DNA of 64,000 nt from Segetibacter sp. (GTDB lineage Bacteria; Bacteroidota; Bacteroidia; Chitinophagales; Chitinophagaceae), in the NCBI GenBank assembly GCA_043736115.1, contig JAYTDC010000068.1, positions 409-64,408 on the forward strand. The letters run 5' to 3'. Positions 50,868 to 61,607 of this stretch are shown in pieces. Position 1 is the first letter of the stretch. The number at the start of each line of letters is the position of its first letter. Under the pieces are notes generated by a model. The model did not search any database. It saw only the letters and a program-made list of their open reading frames with translations, and was not told the origin of the DNA. The translations under genes and the position numbers were made by a program.

Positions 50868-51069
50868 AAAGCCTGAAAGGCTTTCACCTGAATAGCCACG
50901 GGTGCAACCCGTGGAATGAAATAACCGGTTTTATTTACAACCCCAACGGGGTTGTACAATACAAAGCCTACAAATAGTGCAACCCCGTTGGGGTTGTAAT
51001 AGAATAATGCTGCAATCCGCTACCGCGGGTTTTAACAACGGCTATTCAAATGTTACCCCTTCGGGGTAA
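50868..51069. repeat. Nested REP-like palindromic composite
   Basis: Inner inverted pair ACAACCCCAACGGGGTTGT / GCAACCCCGTTGGGGTTGT; outer inverted linkers TGAATAGCC / GGCTATTCA with flanking hairpins. Confidence 0.8.
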
Positions 51070-51197
51070 ACGAAACACCGATAAAACCCTTACTTGAAAA
51101 GGATATTTTGGCCATTTCAGTTTTAATTTAGTTGACGCTAATACGCAAATGCGGGGCAGGCAACAACGATGATGCTATGAAATACAAAAACTGGTAC

Positions 51198-51235
51198 AAA
51201 AAAATACCCGACTGCAAAGAGCCGGGTATTTTTTT
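51198..51235 (-). terminator. Bidirectional intrinsic terminator downstream of sprA
   Basis: aaaaaaatacccg-loop-cgggtattttttt. Confidence 0.88.
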
Positions 51236-51249
51236 GTTGAAATATTCTT

Positions 51250-54200
51250 TTACTGCGTCAATGAAATCCTGATTTGTATGCCTGCCCTTACATTGGTTGT
51301 AGGTGCAGAAGTAGAAATGTATGGAATTACTTTTCTGCGGTCGTAATAGAGTTTTATATTGACCCTGTTGTTAAGTACATAATCTATTGACGGCTGCAGA
51401 GTGTACACTTTTTGCCCGCCGGTGCTAAAGGCATTGTCCTGGTCAAGACGACTGTTGCTTGTAGCATCGTCACGCATACTTACATCCAGACGGAAGTTTA
51501 CATCGTTCTCCAGTTTTTTACCTTTGGTAAATGGCACCTTGAATGGAAGACTGAAACCTTTCTTTCTCCAACTTGCACCAAATGTCCATTCGGTACTATT
51601 GATCTCACTTAGTTGATAATCTACAAGGCTCAAACTTAACTGCCTGCTCTTTTTGTATTGGAAGCTACCGGTAACCTGACTGACTGTGGTAAAGTCCATA
51701 CCGACAAGGGGTCCGAACGATTCCTGTATAGTTACATTTGGAACAAGGAAGTAGGGAATGAAATTTCCTGAAATAGTATCTCTGAAACTTGGGAATAAAT
51801 AATTCAACCTATCCTCGTACAATAAGGCACTATTGAAAGTATTCATACCAAGATTTCCTGTATAAGCATGTGTAATACTAATGGTGCTGAAAGTGGAAGC
51901 CAATGATGGTATACGGGTAAGCCCTGTATAGGTAAGCCGCCAGTTTGGTAATGGTTTTATGGTACTGAATGGATTGCTCTTGATATTTGGATTGGCCTGT
52001 TTTATTAAACCCACCTTTTGTGGATCCTGACCGGTATATGCTGCTATAAAAGATGGAATTAATACATCCTGTGCATAACGGTTATAGCCAATGTAATAGC
52101 CATCTGCTGCCTTGCCTAAATTTTGTTGATACGGATTAGACAATGCCAGCCTTTCTGACAATATCAACCTGTATGTTTCAAACTTGCGGAAGGTTTCAGA
52201 TATTTCCGTGGGCTTTCCTTTGCTGAAAAGTGTTTTGAATGCTATATATGATACATTGAAACCGCCTGTTGCTAATGGATTCAAATGCTGAAACTTTCCT
52301 CCATCAGATATTACCTTATACAATTCAGAATAGTCTTTTGTATAGGTCTTATCAAGGTTAAGGTCTATGGTAAACTCCCTGATTGGCTCTAGTTGTGCTG
52401 TGATGCTTAACTTCTGATCCAGACTTTGGCGATATAAATAGTTGAGCGTGGTATCTCTTGTTATCAGTCCATTTGCAGCTTTTTCTTCAAGCCATTGGTT
52501 ATCGGGTTGTTTACCAAATACATAGTCTAACCCCGGTGCCATACTGTTCCAGTTTTGTCCAAGGTATTGTGTACTGTCTGTATAACCCGGAACACGGCTC
52601 TTATAATTTTCACCATAGTTAATAGAAGCACGTTTAACCATGGTAAGCAACCTACCTCCTGCCTTTTCTATACCATTCATTTCTACAGGACGATTGGCCC
52701 GTTGCTGACGGTAATTTCTTTTTTCTTCCCTACGTTGGGTTCTCCATTTTCTTAAAGCAACCCTACGTGCTTTGCCGGTGAGCCCTTTAACCACATCTTC
52801 TCTTGACGGAAGGGATGATTTAAATTCATCGTCCTTTTTATCCTCTTTAGGTTCGTCTTTTTTCTTCTCATCACCCAACGTATTTTTTTTGTTTTTGCCA
52901 GATTTTTTGCCACCTTTTTTGCCATCGCCCTTATCTTCATCACTTCCCTTGTCATCATCCTTGGGAGGTGCCGGTGCAGCATCCTGATCCAACGCTCTTA
53001 GCCAACGCACCTTGGAATATATACGGGTAAAGTCAAACTCACCATTGATGTTATTTTCCTGACTATTTTCAATTGTATTGCCCAGGTTAATGCCTAACTG
53101 TCTTTGTATACGGCTTGCACCAATCCAATTATAAGTAGTCGTATAACTGTAGCGTGCATTTACAAAACTGGTAAGCGGAAACTTAGAAAGCGGTAATGTA
53201 TAGCTTGCAATAGCCTTTTGCTGGTAATTGGTATTTCTACCTCCATTTAATAAATTAGTGCGTACAGTATCATTTTTTTCTTTGGTATCAATTCTACCAT
53301 AAGGTTCGTCTATACGTGCATTGTTAACTGCAGAAAAATCTACATTGAATGAGCGGGTAAGGTCCCAACGCATATTGTAATAACGGTCAAAAGTGAAAAA
53401 CTTATCGTAAGTAGTATCTACTGCTTCAACCTTATTGTCAAAGCTGTTTACAATACGTGGTACAAACTCTCCAAACTGCCTGTTTATATCTGCCCTAAAG
53501 CTTAGCAAAGATGGTTGCGGATTAAAGTTGAGGTCTTTAATAAGTGTGTACCACTGTGATTTGGATTTAATAATTTTTTTAAATGGCTCAAGATACTTTG
53601 GAGCTGTATTGTTAAAGGTATAACCCAATCCTACTCTATGTTTTACTACATCATTGCGTTGTATAAGTGGCGTTGTTTGTTCAAATTTGATAAAGGAATA
53701 ACTGACATCCAGATTGCTTGGACTCCATATTCTTGTTTTAGCACCGGGTGTTAATCTTACGTTGGTGAAGTTGACTGTTTTTATAGTGGTTTTATCAACT
53801 GCTGCTTTTTTAGCTGCAGACTTTTTATCACCGCTAAGGGTGTTTAGCTTATCCTTCAGTTTTATATCAAGGTCATAAGGGTCATATTGTGGCGACTTAA
53901 CCGTTTGATTGATACTTGCATATACCGGAATAGAAATACCAACTGCCTTGGGTAATAGCTTGCCTAACTCAAGATTGGTTGCAATATCATACTGCATCAG
54001 GTCTTCTCTTGCCCTTTCGTTTATCCGTTGCTCCAATGTACCAAAACCTGTTGTATGAGTACTTGCAGATATTGCTAATGTACCGAGGTCAGCTAATGCA
54101 ATATCTACACGTCCTGTTGCAGCATACCCCCCTTGCTCGTTGAGCTTGGAAAGTCGAAGTTCATTTATCCATATTTCTGCGTCAGCAGGTACACCATCAG

Positions 54201-57200
54201 ATACAACTGTATTTTCGACTCCAACTAAAAACGCTTTTACCTCACCAAGATTGGGATTGCCCCTTATAGCAAATGATCTGTTTCCAATAGTTTGTTTATA
54301 ATAACCATCGGGGCTAATGTTTGCAGCATTTCGTTGTGTTTTTAGCTGTATCAATTGTTGAAGATCTAAGTCTAGGCTATTACTATCAGGCCAAACACTT
54401 TTTTTGCCCTCTTCCGTATTTGGATATTGACCATTAGGAGTAATTTTAAGTGGTATTTTGATCTCATAATAATTATTTGCAAAATCATTTCCAATTCTTA
54501 TTACAGCATTCAACTGATTTTCAAATAAAGCCTGACTTCCTTTAAGGGTTTCAGCATGTATAAACATACTTAACTTACCATATTGGCGCATATCGAGGTT
54601 CATTGTTTTGAATGCTCCACGTACAGTATTTGTTGCCAGATTACGAACCTGAAAACTCATTGCCTGCTCATTTTGCAGAAGATTTACACCATTGTTACTC
54701 AATTGCTGTACTCTTTCTATTCCGGGGGGTATCAGGTAGTTGACAGGTTGACGCTTACTGTTTTCCTCCACGTTTACTGCAAGCACATTGAAGTTGGTAG
54801 GGTCAGGTATGGGAATGGGTTGGTTAGTTCCTGTTGAGTCAATATTAAATCTCGCTGTCCTCCATTGGTTTCTTACTAAATCAAAACGTGCAAAACGCAA
54901 AGTAACAGAGTCTTCAAAATCCGTAAGGAACATTCTCATAAATCTTATAGATTTAAAGTCAGGAATGTTACCAACTTTAGATTCATAGTTTTTAATAGGC
55001 ACCCTGAATAAATACCAGTTTTCTACCCCTTGTGTTCCGTCTGCATAGGTAACCCTTACTTCTTGTTTATCGGTAATGTAGTTAGAACCAACGCCCATGT
55101 TTGGAGTAAGGTCAATTCTATATTGATAGTATTCTTCTGTTTCATTTAAGGTATTATCTCTGTTAAGATCTTCATTGTCAGGGTACAAAGTAGCTGCAGG
55201 GCTAAACTGTGAACTTGTGGTAGAAATGGGTGAATTGCCTTGTGGGTTGTTGTAGTCTTTGTAACGGCCAAGCAATCCTGTACCTGTAGCATCGTACGAA
55301 GCATCTCTGTACCATTTATAATCATCGTTAGAAGGATCATTTAACACCCTTGAAAGCAATGGCGAACCGGGAAAATTTTGCCTGATTATGTTAACATAAT
55401 CTCCATTTCTTTTTACCAGTTCATCTGCATCATTTAAGCCATCAAAACCCACATCCTGAAAAGGCCTGTCGGCAGGATCGTTGCTAAAAGCCTGTGTCAC
55501 CTGTATTGGATTCACCGGTGTTCTTCCCCAAACAGTAGAGGTATCTACAGCAGATGGTTGATTGGGTGAATTGAGACCATTTTCATAAAACCTCCTGCTA
55601 TCTTTTAAGATGTCTTCACTTAAAGTACCAAGGTTAAGATAAAGTTTACCACCTCTGCTTGTTGAGTTTTTGATAAAAGGATCCTGCACCCAAAACTCCA
55701 TAAACTCTACATTGCTGGTTTCAAAATCTGTTTGATCAAGGGCACGCATAATACCGCCCCATTTAGCGGCAGGATTTTTAAATTTACCACTACCATCCAA
55801 TTCGGATATTCTGCTTTCGAAGTTGTAAGGGCCAATATCTTTTGGATAAAAAGAAAGGTCAAAAGTTACCGATTGATTTTCACCAAGATTATTGGTACGC
55901 TGTGGAAAAAGCTCCTGATTGTAAACGGCTCTTACCCGTGGATCACTTAACTCTATTACATTTTTCTTGAGTGGATTATTAGCACTATTTCTATCCTGTA
56001 GTATGGGTTCAATATTGTACCACGCCAACTTTGCCCTGTTTTTGTTGTAGTCTAAACTATCATTGAGTGCTGCTTCAGCAAATTGTTGCGGTGTACTTGC
56101 CAAAGCCCATGATATAAAAGGGAAACGAAGGTCAATACTGTTTCTTGTTCCTTCAAAATCGTCAATGTAAATTAAGCCTTCATCGCCTGAGCCAATTTGA
56201 GCCGGATGCCCCGGTTTAAGAATTGCCGCTTCACCATAAGCATTGATGGTGGACATTGCCGTAGTGTTATAAAAAGGAAGTTTGTTCAACAATCTGGTAA
56301 GACCCGGGGCTTCAGTACGGTAGTTGAAATCAAGCCCGTACATGGTGTTCTTGATTGGGTCGTCTCCATAATTGACTTTGGTAAAAAATGGTCTTTCTGA
56401 TAAACGAACTATACTGGCACCCAAAGACAATTTTTTGTTAGCAATATAATCCAATCGCAGCCCCATAAAGTTGCGCTGCTGCACCCCAAAACCTGCATTG
56501 TTTTCAAACTGTACATTTACCGGGATACCACTGTTTAGGATTGCACTATTAAGGATTTTAACCGTACCAAGGTTATAATCAATACTAAAGTCAAAACCTT
56601 CGCGGAGTACCTGCCCACCCGCCGATACAGTAACAGAACCTTGTGGTACATTAAATGCTCCCAGATATATTTCTGATGCCGAGTTGCCCTTACCCGAACC
56701 TTGCATTACAAAACGATTAAGGTTGGCATAGGTCTGTGCTATTGCCTTTATGGAATCATAGAGCGGATAGTAAATGTATTTGTCTTTTACGGCCTGACTT
56801 TGAGAATTGAAAGCCAAAGCTTCAAGGTCTCGTCCAAAAGGTTCAAGTAAAGGGAATATTATTTTACCCTGTTGCGATAATACCGTAAAGCCTTCTACAA
56901 AATCAAAAACACCATCGGGTTGTGGGTCATTTTGGTTGTTCAGCCGGTCCATATTTAAAATGCGTAATAAGGAACGACCCGAAACAACAGTATCTGATTG
57001 GGGTAAAAACCGCTTCAGTCCACCACTCGGCTCCTCGTATAACACATTCAGCTTAAAATCTTCTCTTGTTATACCGGGTAGGTCAAGCGAGTAAACGTTT
57101 TTCATCATCCACTTCCAAATAGGTAATTTGGGTCTTTGAGAGGTGGCTTTCAACAATTTTAAAAACAACACTTTTTGTACGCCTTGTGTTGAATCTAAAG

Positions 57201-58623
57201 TTACATCCTGCGCAAATTCGCCCACCTGATAGACTTTGCCGTTATAAGTATATTGATAGGCTACACCCAATACTTCATCAGGCTGTAACTGTTGGTTAAG
57301 GGAGACAAACCCTATTTGTGGATTGAAATAATATTCGTTGGGAGTGAGCTTGCGGGCAAATGTTTTTTCATAATCCTCAACTGGCTTTAAACCAAAACCA
57401 GGCCCCGTAAGTGTTGTGTTTACCAATACAGGATTACGGCTAAGCTGCAATAGTTTGGAATACAAATTATTAGCACCATTATAAGGTAATGAACCATCAC
57501 CGTTTGATGGATTATTATTTGGGTTGTAAGGTTTACCCTCACCCAAATCCATTAAAGCTACAACATCACGTGTATCAGTGGTAGCACCGGTACGATTGGT
57601 TACCCAAACTTCAATACGCATAATTTGTACCTGACTGTTTACAACAGGTACATTTTTCATGGCTTTGTTATAATTCTGACGAAAATAATCACCTAACAAA
57701 AAGTGCTTGTTTTCTTCGTAATCATCTAATCTTTTGTTGAAAGTAGTAGTAGCTGCCCCGCCCTGCAAAGCCAAAGACTGACGTTGTGCTTTTTGATTAG
57801 CCAATACACCGGTTACATATAACTTGCCAAACTGCAGCGATGTCTTAACACCAAATAAACTTTGTGCACTTGGTATCAATGTTCCCTTACTTGTATAGGA
57901 TACATTACCAGCTTCTATTGACTTAATAATCTCATCGTCCATGCCTTTGTAGTCCAGTTTTAGCTGATTTTCAAAGTCAAAGTTGGCCAACGTGTTATAG
58001 TTAATGGGTAGCTTTAATTTATCACCGATGTTTGCAATAACATTGATGTTGGAATTCATGTTGAAATCAAATCCACCATTCTTTCTTGCACTTTCAGGCA
58101 ATGTAGGATTTTCTATATTTTGTCCCTGATAACCTGCGGTAATGTCCACATTTCCCTGTGGCCTTATATCTACTTTTAAACCATTTGGACCAACACCAAA
58201 AATGCGGTCAAAAAGCTTATCGTAGGTTTTAAGCTTAGGCCGTGAAACTTTTCTGTTAAGGATGCTAAGTGTGTTGGCTCTTTTTCTAAAATATTCGGCC
58301 TCCTGTTGCTGCGCTTTAAAACGCATCATTTCGTCAAACGTAAGATAGGTGGGTGTTCGGTAGTAGCTGTTACCAATTTTTTCTACAATAATGTATTTTT
58401 TAGAAATGGGATCGTATTCTACATCTCTTTTTATATAAGAAGTATCAGAGAAGTTAAACGGATTATTGGAACGGTAGGTGAATGGATCGCCCTGTCTATC
58501 CTGAATAGGATAACGTGTAGTATCTCCACTACCCCCGGTTTGGGCGTAAGATCGGGCTACAAAAATTGCGCTTAAAAAAATAACAATAATTGCCTGCTGA
58601 AAGTATTGATTTCGACGGTTCAA
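51250..58623 (-). CDS. sprA: T9SS outer-membrane translocon SprA (Sov)
   Basis: 2457 aa; GDKLKL..NY, IIKSIEAGNV, DYEENKHF, YPDNEDLNRDN, WINELRL, C-terminal V.AGIQIRISL; downstream of ruvA. Confidence 0.96.
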   Translation of the reverse strand: MNRRNQYFQQAIIVIFLSAIFVARSYAQTGGSGDTTRYPIQDRQGDPFTYRSNNPFNFSDTSYIKRDVEYDPISKKYIIVEKIGNSYYRTPTYLTFDEMMRFKAQQQEAEYFRKRANTLSILNRKVSRPKLKTYDKLFDRIFGVGPNGLKVDIRPQGNVDITAGYQGQNIENPTLPESARKNGGFDFNMNSNINVIANIGDKLKLPINYNTLANFDFENQLKLDYKGMDDEIIKSIEAGNVSYTSKGTLIPSAQSLFGVKTSLQFGKLYVTGVLANQKAQRQSLALQGGAATTTFNKRLDDYEENKHFLLGDYFRQNYNKAMKNVPVVNSQVQIMRIEVWVTNRTGATTDTRDVVALMDLGEGKPYNPNNNPSNGDGSLPYNGANNLYSKLLQLSRNPVLVNTTLTGPGFGLKPVEDYEKTFARKLTPNEYYFNPQIGFVSLNQQLQPDEVLGVAYQYTYNGKVYQVGEFAQDVTLDSTQGVQKVLFLKLLKATSQRPKLPIWKWMMKNVYSLDLPGITREDFKLNVLYEEPSGGLKRFLPQSDTVVSGRSLLRILNMDRLNNQNDPQPDGVFDFVEGFTVLSQQGKIIFPLLEPFGRDLEALAFNSQSQAVKDKYIYYPLYDSIKAIAQTYANLNRFVMQGSGKGNSASEIYLGAFNVPQGSVTVSAGGQVLREGFDFSIDYNLGTVKILNSAILNSGIPVNVQFENNAGFGVQQRNFMGLRLDYIANKKLSLGASIVRLSERPFFTKVNYGDDPIKNTMYGLDFNYRTEAPGLTRLLNKLPFYNTTAMSTINAYGEAAILKPGHPAQIGSGDEGLIYIDDFEGTRNSIDLRFPFISWALASTPQQFAEAALNDSLDYNKNRAKLAWYNIEPILQDRNSANNPLKKNVIELSDPRVRAVYNQELFPQRTNNLGENQSVTFDLSFYPKDIGPYNFESRISELDGSGKFKNPAAKWGGIMRALDQTDFETSNVEFMEFWVQDPFIKNSTSRGGKLYLNLGTLSEDILKDSRRFYENGLNSPNQPSAVDTSTVWGRTPVNPIQVTQAFSNDPADRPFQDVGFDGLNDADELVKRNGDYVNIIRQNFPGSPLLSRVLNDPSNDDYKWYRDASYDATGTGLLGRYKDYNNPQGNSPISTTSSQFSPAATLYPDNEDLNRDNTLNETEEYYQYRIDLTPNMGVGSNYITDKQEVRVTYADGTQGVENWYLFRVPIKNYESKVGNIPDFKSIRFMRMFLTDFEDSVTLRFARFDLVRNQWRTARFNIDSTGTNQPIPIPDPTNFNVLAVNVEENSKRQPVNYLIPPGIERVQQLSNNGVNLLQNEQAMSFQVRNLATNTVRGAFKTMNLDMRQYGKLSMFIHAETLKGSQALFENQLNAVIRIGNDFANNYYEIKIPLKITPNGQYPNTEEGKKSVWPDSNSLDLDLQQLIQLKTQRNAANISPDGYYKQTIGNRSFAIRGNPNLGEVKAFLVGVENTVVSDGVPADAEIWINELRLSKLNEQGGYAATGRVDIALADLGTLAISASTHTTGFGTLEQRINERAREDLMQYDIATNLELGKLLPKAVGISIPVYASINQTVKSPQYDPYDLDIKLKDKLNTLSGDKKSAAKKAAVDKTTIKTVNFTNVRLTPGAKTRIWSPSNLDVSYSFIKFEQTTPLIQRNDVVKHRVGLGYTFNNTAPKYLEPFKKIIKSKSQWYTLIKDLNFNPQPSLLSFRADINRQFGEFVPRIVNSFDNKVEAVDTTYDKFFTFDRYYNMRWDLTRSFNVDFSAVNNARIDEPYGRIDTKEKNDTVRTNLLNGGRNTNYQQKAIASYTLPLSKFPLTSFVNARYSYTTTYNWIGASRIQRQLGINLGNTIENSQENNINGEFDFTRIYSKVRWLRALDQDAAPAPPKDDDKGSDEDKGDGKKGGKKSGKNKKNTLGDEKKKDEPKEDKKDDEFKSSLPSREDVVKGLTGKARRVALRKWRTQRREEKRNYRQQRANRPVEMNGIEKAGGRLLTMVKRASINYGENYKSRVPGYTDSTQYLGQNWNSMAPGLDYVFGKQPDNQWLEEKAANGLITRDTTLNYLYRQSLDQKLSITAQLEPIREFTIDLNLDKTYTKDYSELYKVISDGGKFQHLNPLATGGFNVSYIAFKTLFSKGKPTEISETFRKFETYRLILSERLALSNPYQQNLGKAADGYYIGYNRYAQDVLIPSFIAAYTGQDPQKVGLIKQANPNIKSNPFSTIKPLPNWRLTYTGLTRIPSLASTFSTISITHAYTGNLGMNTFNSALLYEDRLNYLFPSFRDTISGNFIPYFLVPNVTIQESFGPLVGMDFTTVSQVTGSFQYKKSRQLSLSLVDYQLSEINSTEWTFGASWRKKGFSLPFKVPFTKGKKLENDVNFRLDVSMRDDATSNSRLDQDNAFSTGGQKVYTLQPSIDYVLNNRVNIKLYYDRRKVIPYISTSAPTTNVRAGIQIRISLTQ

Positions 58624-58662
58624 AACTAAAAAAGCTGATTATGTACAAGTTATTCCGATAGG

Positions 58663-59247
58663 CTAAATATTTTTGAGCGCTTTTTTTATCAAATCTTCAA
58701 GCAATATATTGATATTTTCTGATGTAACTACACTTTTTACAGCTTTTTCAGCATTTTGTCTTGGGATTCCTAAGGATACTAATGCATTTAACGCATCATT
58801 TTCTACTTTATTAGTGGCAGGAACCAACAACATATTCTCATTGTAGTTTTTTGCCAACTTATCCTTCAATTCCAGAATAATTCTTTCTCCCGTTTTTTTA
58901 CCAATTCCTTTGATACTTTCTAAAAGCTTTGCGTTGCTTTGCACTATGGCTTTTATTATCTCATCTGGCTTCATTCCGGACAACATCATTCTGGCTGTAG
59001 CTGCACCCACACCAGAAACACTAATAAGTTGAACAAATAAATCTTTTTCAGATTGTTCAAAAAAACCATATAAAGTCTGCCCGTTCTCAAATAAATGTAA
59101 ATATGTATAAAGCTGCCCGCCTTCCTGACCGCTTATAGCAGAGTAGGTATGCAGGCTAACCTGACACTCATACCCTACCCCATTCACATCAACTATAATC
59201 TGGGCCGGATTTTTTACAATAAATTTTCCTCTGACAAAAGCAATCAT
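58663..59247 (-). CDS. ruvA: Holliday junction branch migration protein RuvA
   Basis: MIAFVRGK, VDVNGVGY, LYGF, LISVSGVG...A, IKGIGKKT.ERI..EL, ALVSLG. Confidence 0.97.
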   Translation of the reverse strand: MIAFVRGKFIVKNPAQIIVDVNGVGYECQVSLHTYSAISGQEGGQLYTYLHLFENGQTLYGFFEQSEKDLFVQLISVSGVGAATARMMLSGMKPDEIIKAIVQSNAKLLESIKGIGKKTGERIILELKDKLAKNYNENMLLVPATNKVENDALNALVSLGIPRQNAEKAVKSVVTSENINILLEDLIKKALKNI

Positions 59248-59409
59248 ATCTACAATTAAACAGATTTCAAAATTAAGAAGGGAAGGTGAATTTTTACCTA
59301 CTAATTTTATCAAGGTAGCTTAAAAAATTACGAATGAATCCTCCTTTCAGATTTCAAGAATAATCATTTACTTTTATTCCTCGAAATAAATAATCATTAA
59401 ACCGACTGA

Positions 59410-60402
59410 ATGACACGAAAAGTAACTGCAGCAATTACCGGAATAGGGGGATATGTTCCCGAATACAGATTAACAAACAAAGAGTTAGAAAAATTAGTTG
59501 ATACAAATGACGAATGGATAACAAGCCGAACAGGAGTAAAAGAACGCCGCATACTCAAGGGAGAAGGAAAGGCAACAAGCGACCTTGGTGCACCTGCAGT
59601 GTTGGATTTGTGTAAAAAAAGAGGACTTGACCCATTAGAAATAGATTGCATCATTTGCTGTACCGTAACCCCTGACATGACATTTCCAGCTACAGCAAAT
59701 ATTATAAGTGAAAAAATTGGTGCTAAAAATGCATTCAGTTTTGATTTGGGCGCTGCATGCTGTGGATTTCTATTTGGCCTTACTACCGGCACTGCGTTTA
59801 TAGAGTCGGGACGTTACAAAAAAGTGGTAGTAGTAGGTGCAGATAAAATGAGTGCAATTGTAGATTACAGTGATCGTACCACCTGCATATTATTTGGTGA
59901 TGGAGCAGGTGCCGTTTTGTTAGAACCTAATACAGAAGGATATGGTGTTCAGGATAGTATTTTAAAAACAGATGGCAGTGGGGAGAAATATCTGCACATG
60001 AAGGCAGGAGGTACAAGAAAACCCTCCAGCATGGAAACTGTAGCGGCCAAAGAACATTATATTTATCAGGAAGGCCAATCAGTATTTAAATTTGCTGTTG
60101 TTGGAATGGCCGATGTGGCCTACCAACTATTAGAAAAAAGTAACTTAAAAGGCGAAGACATTGCATGGCTTGTACCGCATCAGGCCAACAAAAGAATTAT
60201 TGATGCAACTGCAAATCGTATAGGCATACCACCTGAAAAAGTTATGCTTAACATCATGCGCTATGGCAATACAACCTCAGGCACAATACCTCTTTGTCTA
60301 TGGGAGTGGGAAAGCCAACTGAAAAAAGGTGACAATCTGGTTCTAGCTGCCTTTGGTGGCGGCTTTACATGGGGTGCCACTTTGGTGAAGTGGGCTTATT
60401 AA
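59410..60402 (+). CDS. fabH: 3-oxoacyl-ACP synthase III
   Basis: DTNDEWI..RTG, AACCGF (catalytic Cys), [27 protein letters not shown]. Confidence 0.96.
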   Translation: MTRKVTAAITGIGGYVPEYRLTNKELEKLVDTNDEWITSRTGVKERRILKGEGKATSDLGAPAVLDLCKKRGLDPLEIDCIICCTVTPDMTFPATANIISEKIGAKNAFSFDLGAACCGFLFGLTTGTAFIESGRYKKVVVVGADKMSAIVDYSDRTTCILFGDGAGAVLLEPNTEGYGVQDSILKTDGSGEKYLHMKAGGTRKPSSMETVAAKEHYIYQEGQSVFKFAVVGMADVAYQLLEKSNLKGEDIAWLVPHQANKRIIDATANRIGIPPEKVMLNIMRYGNTTSGTIPLCLWEWESQLKKGDNLVLAAFGGGFTWGATLVKWAY

Positions 60403-60500
60403 GTGGGTTTATTGGTTAACTAGTTAATTGGGCTTATCGTGATTTTAGGCGTTTTTGCCTTCCATTAGCACATTTTACCATTGCGCCATTTTCACATTAA

Positions 60501-60989
60501 TTATTTCCTCCTACTCCACTCAATAAAATCTGTGGCGGGTATTTTATTAATGCCTAACTGTCGTAACATGGTTACCAACTGTCCACGATGGTATGTTTGG
60601 TGATTAAATAAATGAAGCAACATTTGGTAAACGGGTTGTTTGAATTGTTCTTTTTTGGAATTACGATAAAGAAATTCGTGCTCAAAAGCAGCAACAGTGC
60701 TTTTATCTATCCATTCTTTCCATTGAGTTGAATAAGAAATTAGATCCTTATTAATTTCTGGTATTGTTTGCTTCTTTTCTTCTAAAGGAAAAATTGTTTC
60801 GACCAACTTTAGCCTTTGCCACCAAATCCATTCTACATCTCTTAAATGCTGTAGTGTTAGTCTTATGCTACTAAAGCTACTGATGATTTCCTTATCTGCA
60901 AGGCCTTCATCAAGATTGTCTATCAACTTAGCCAATTGCTGATTTGCCCAAAGATTGTATGCTGCAAATTGTACAAGTAGTTCTTTCAA
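60501..60989 (-). CDS. DinB family protein
   Basis: YNLWAN, F.SIR.TL.H, HLFNHQTYHRGQ; TTG start. Confidence 0.9.
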   Translation of the reverse strand: MKELLVQFAAYNLWANQQLAKLIDNLDEGLADKEIISSFSSIRLTLQHLRDVEWIWWQRLKLVETIFPLEEKKQTIPEINKDLISYSTQWKEWIDKSTVAAFEHEFLYRNSKKEQFKQPVYQMLLHLFNHQTYHRGQLVTMLRQLGINKIPATDFIEWSRRK

Positions 60990-61076
60990 GTTTGTATATT
61001 TTTGATTTATTGATTCAAATATAAAGCGAAGTTATTGAAGCAATAAGCAAAGCCACTAACAAATAAATTGAACCTT

Positions 61077-61529
61077 ATGAATAACGTCACCATAAGAAAA
61101 GCAGTCAGCGAAGATTGTCCACGGATTTTAGAGTTGGTAAAAGAACTGGCGGTGTATGAAAAGGCACCCGATGAAGTAACCGTAACTCCTGAACACTTTG
61201 CTGAAAGCGGTTTTGGCAGCAACCCTGTTTGGTGGGCTTTTGTAGCAGAATTGGATGGTGTTGTACAGGGCTTTGCATTGTATTACATCCGCTTTAGCAC
61301 ATGGAAAGGTCAGCGTTTGTACCTTGAGGATTTAATAGTTACAGAAGCTTTGAGAGGAAAAGGTATAGGTCTACAACTGTTTGCAAAATTGGTGCAAGCA
61401 GCAAAAGAAAAGAACTTATCTGCTATTGTTTGGCAAGTACTTGAATGGAACGAACCCGCAATTAATTTTTATAAAAAACTCAATGCAAAGTTTGATGCAG
61501 AGTGGGTCAACTGTAGCGTTGATGTTTAA
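61077..61529 (+). CDS. GNAT acetyltransferase (diamine/spermidine acetyltransferase-like)
   Basis: ELA.YEK, STWKG..LYLEDL.V....RGKGIG, VL.WN.PAI.FY. Confidence 0.92.
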   Translation: MNNVTIRKAVSEDCPRILELVKELAVYEKAPDEVTVTPEHFAESGFGSNPVWWAFVAELDGVVQGFALYYIRFSTWKGQRLYLEDLIVTEALRGKGIGLQLFAKLVQAAKEKNLSAIVWQVLEWNEPAINFYKKLNAKFDAEWVNCSVDV

Positions 61530-61554
61530 TTTTTTTAAATTGAAAATAATTATC

Positions 61555-61597
61555 AAAAAAAAGCCCCGACAAGAATTATTTGCCGGGGCTTTTTTTT
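61555..61597. terminator. Bidirectional terminator between the GNAT gene and nrdJ
   Basis: A8-gccccg...cggggc-T8. Confidence 0.9.
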
Positions 61598-61607
61598 ATA
61601 ATTATTC

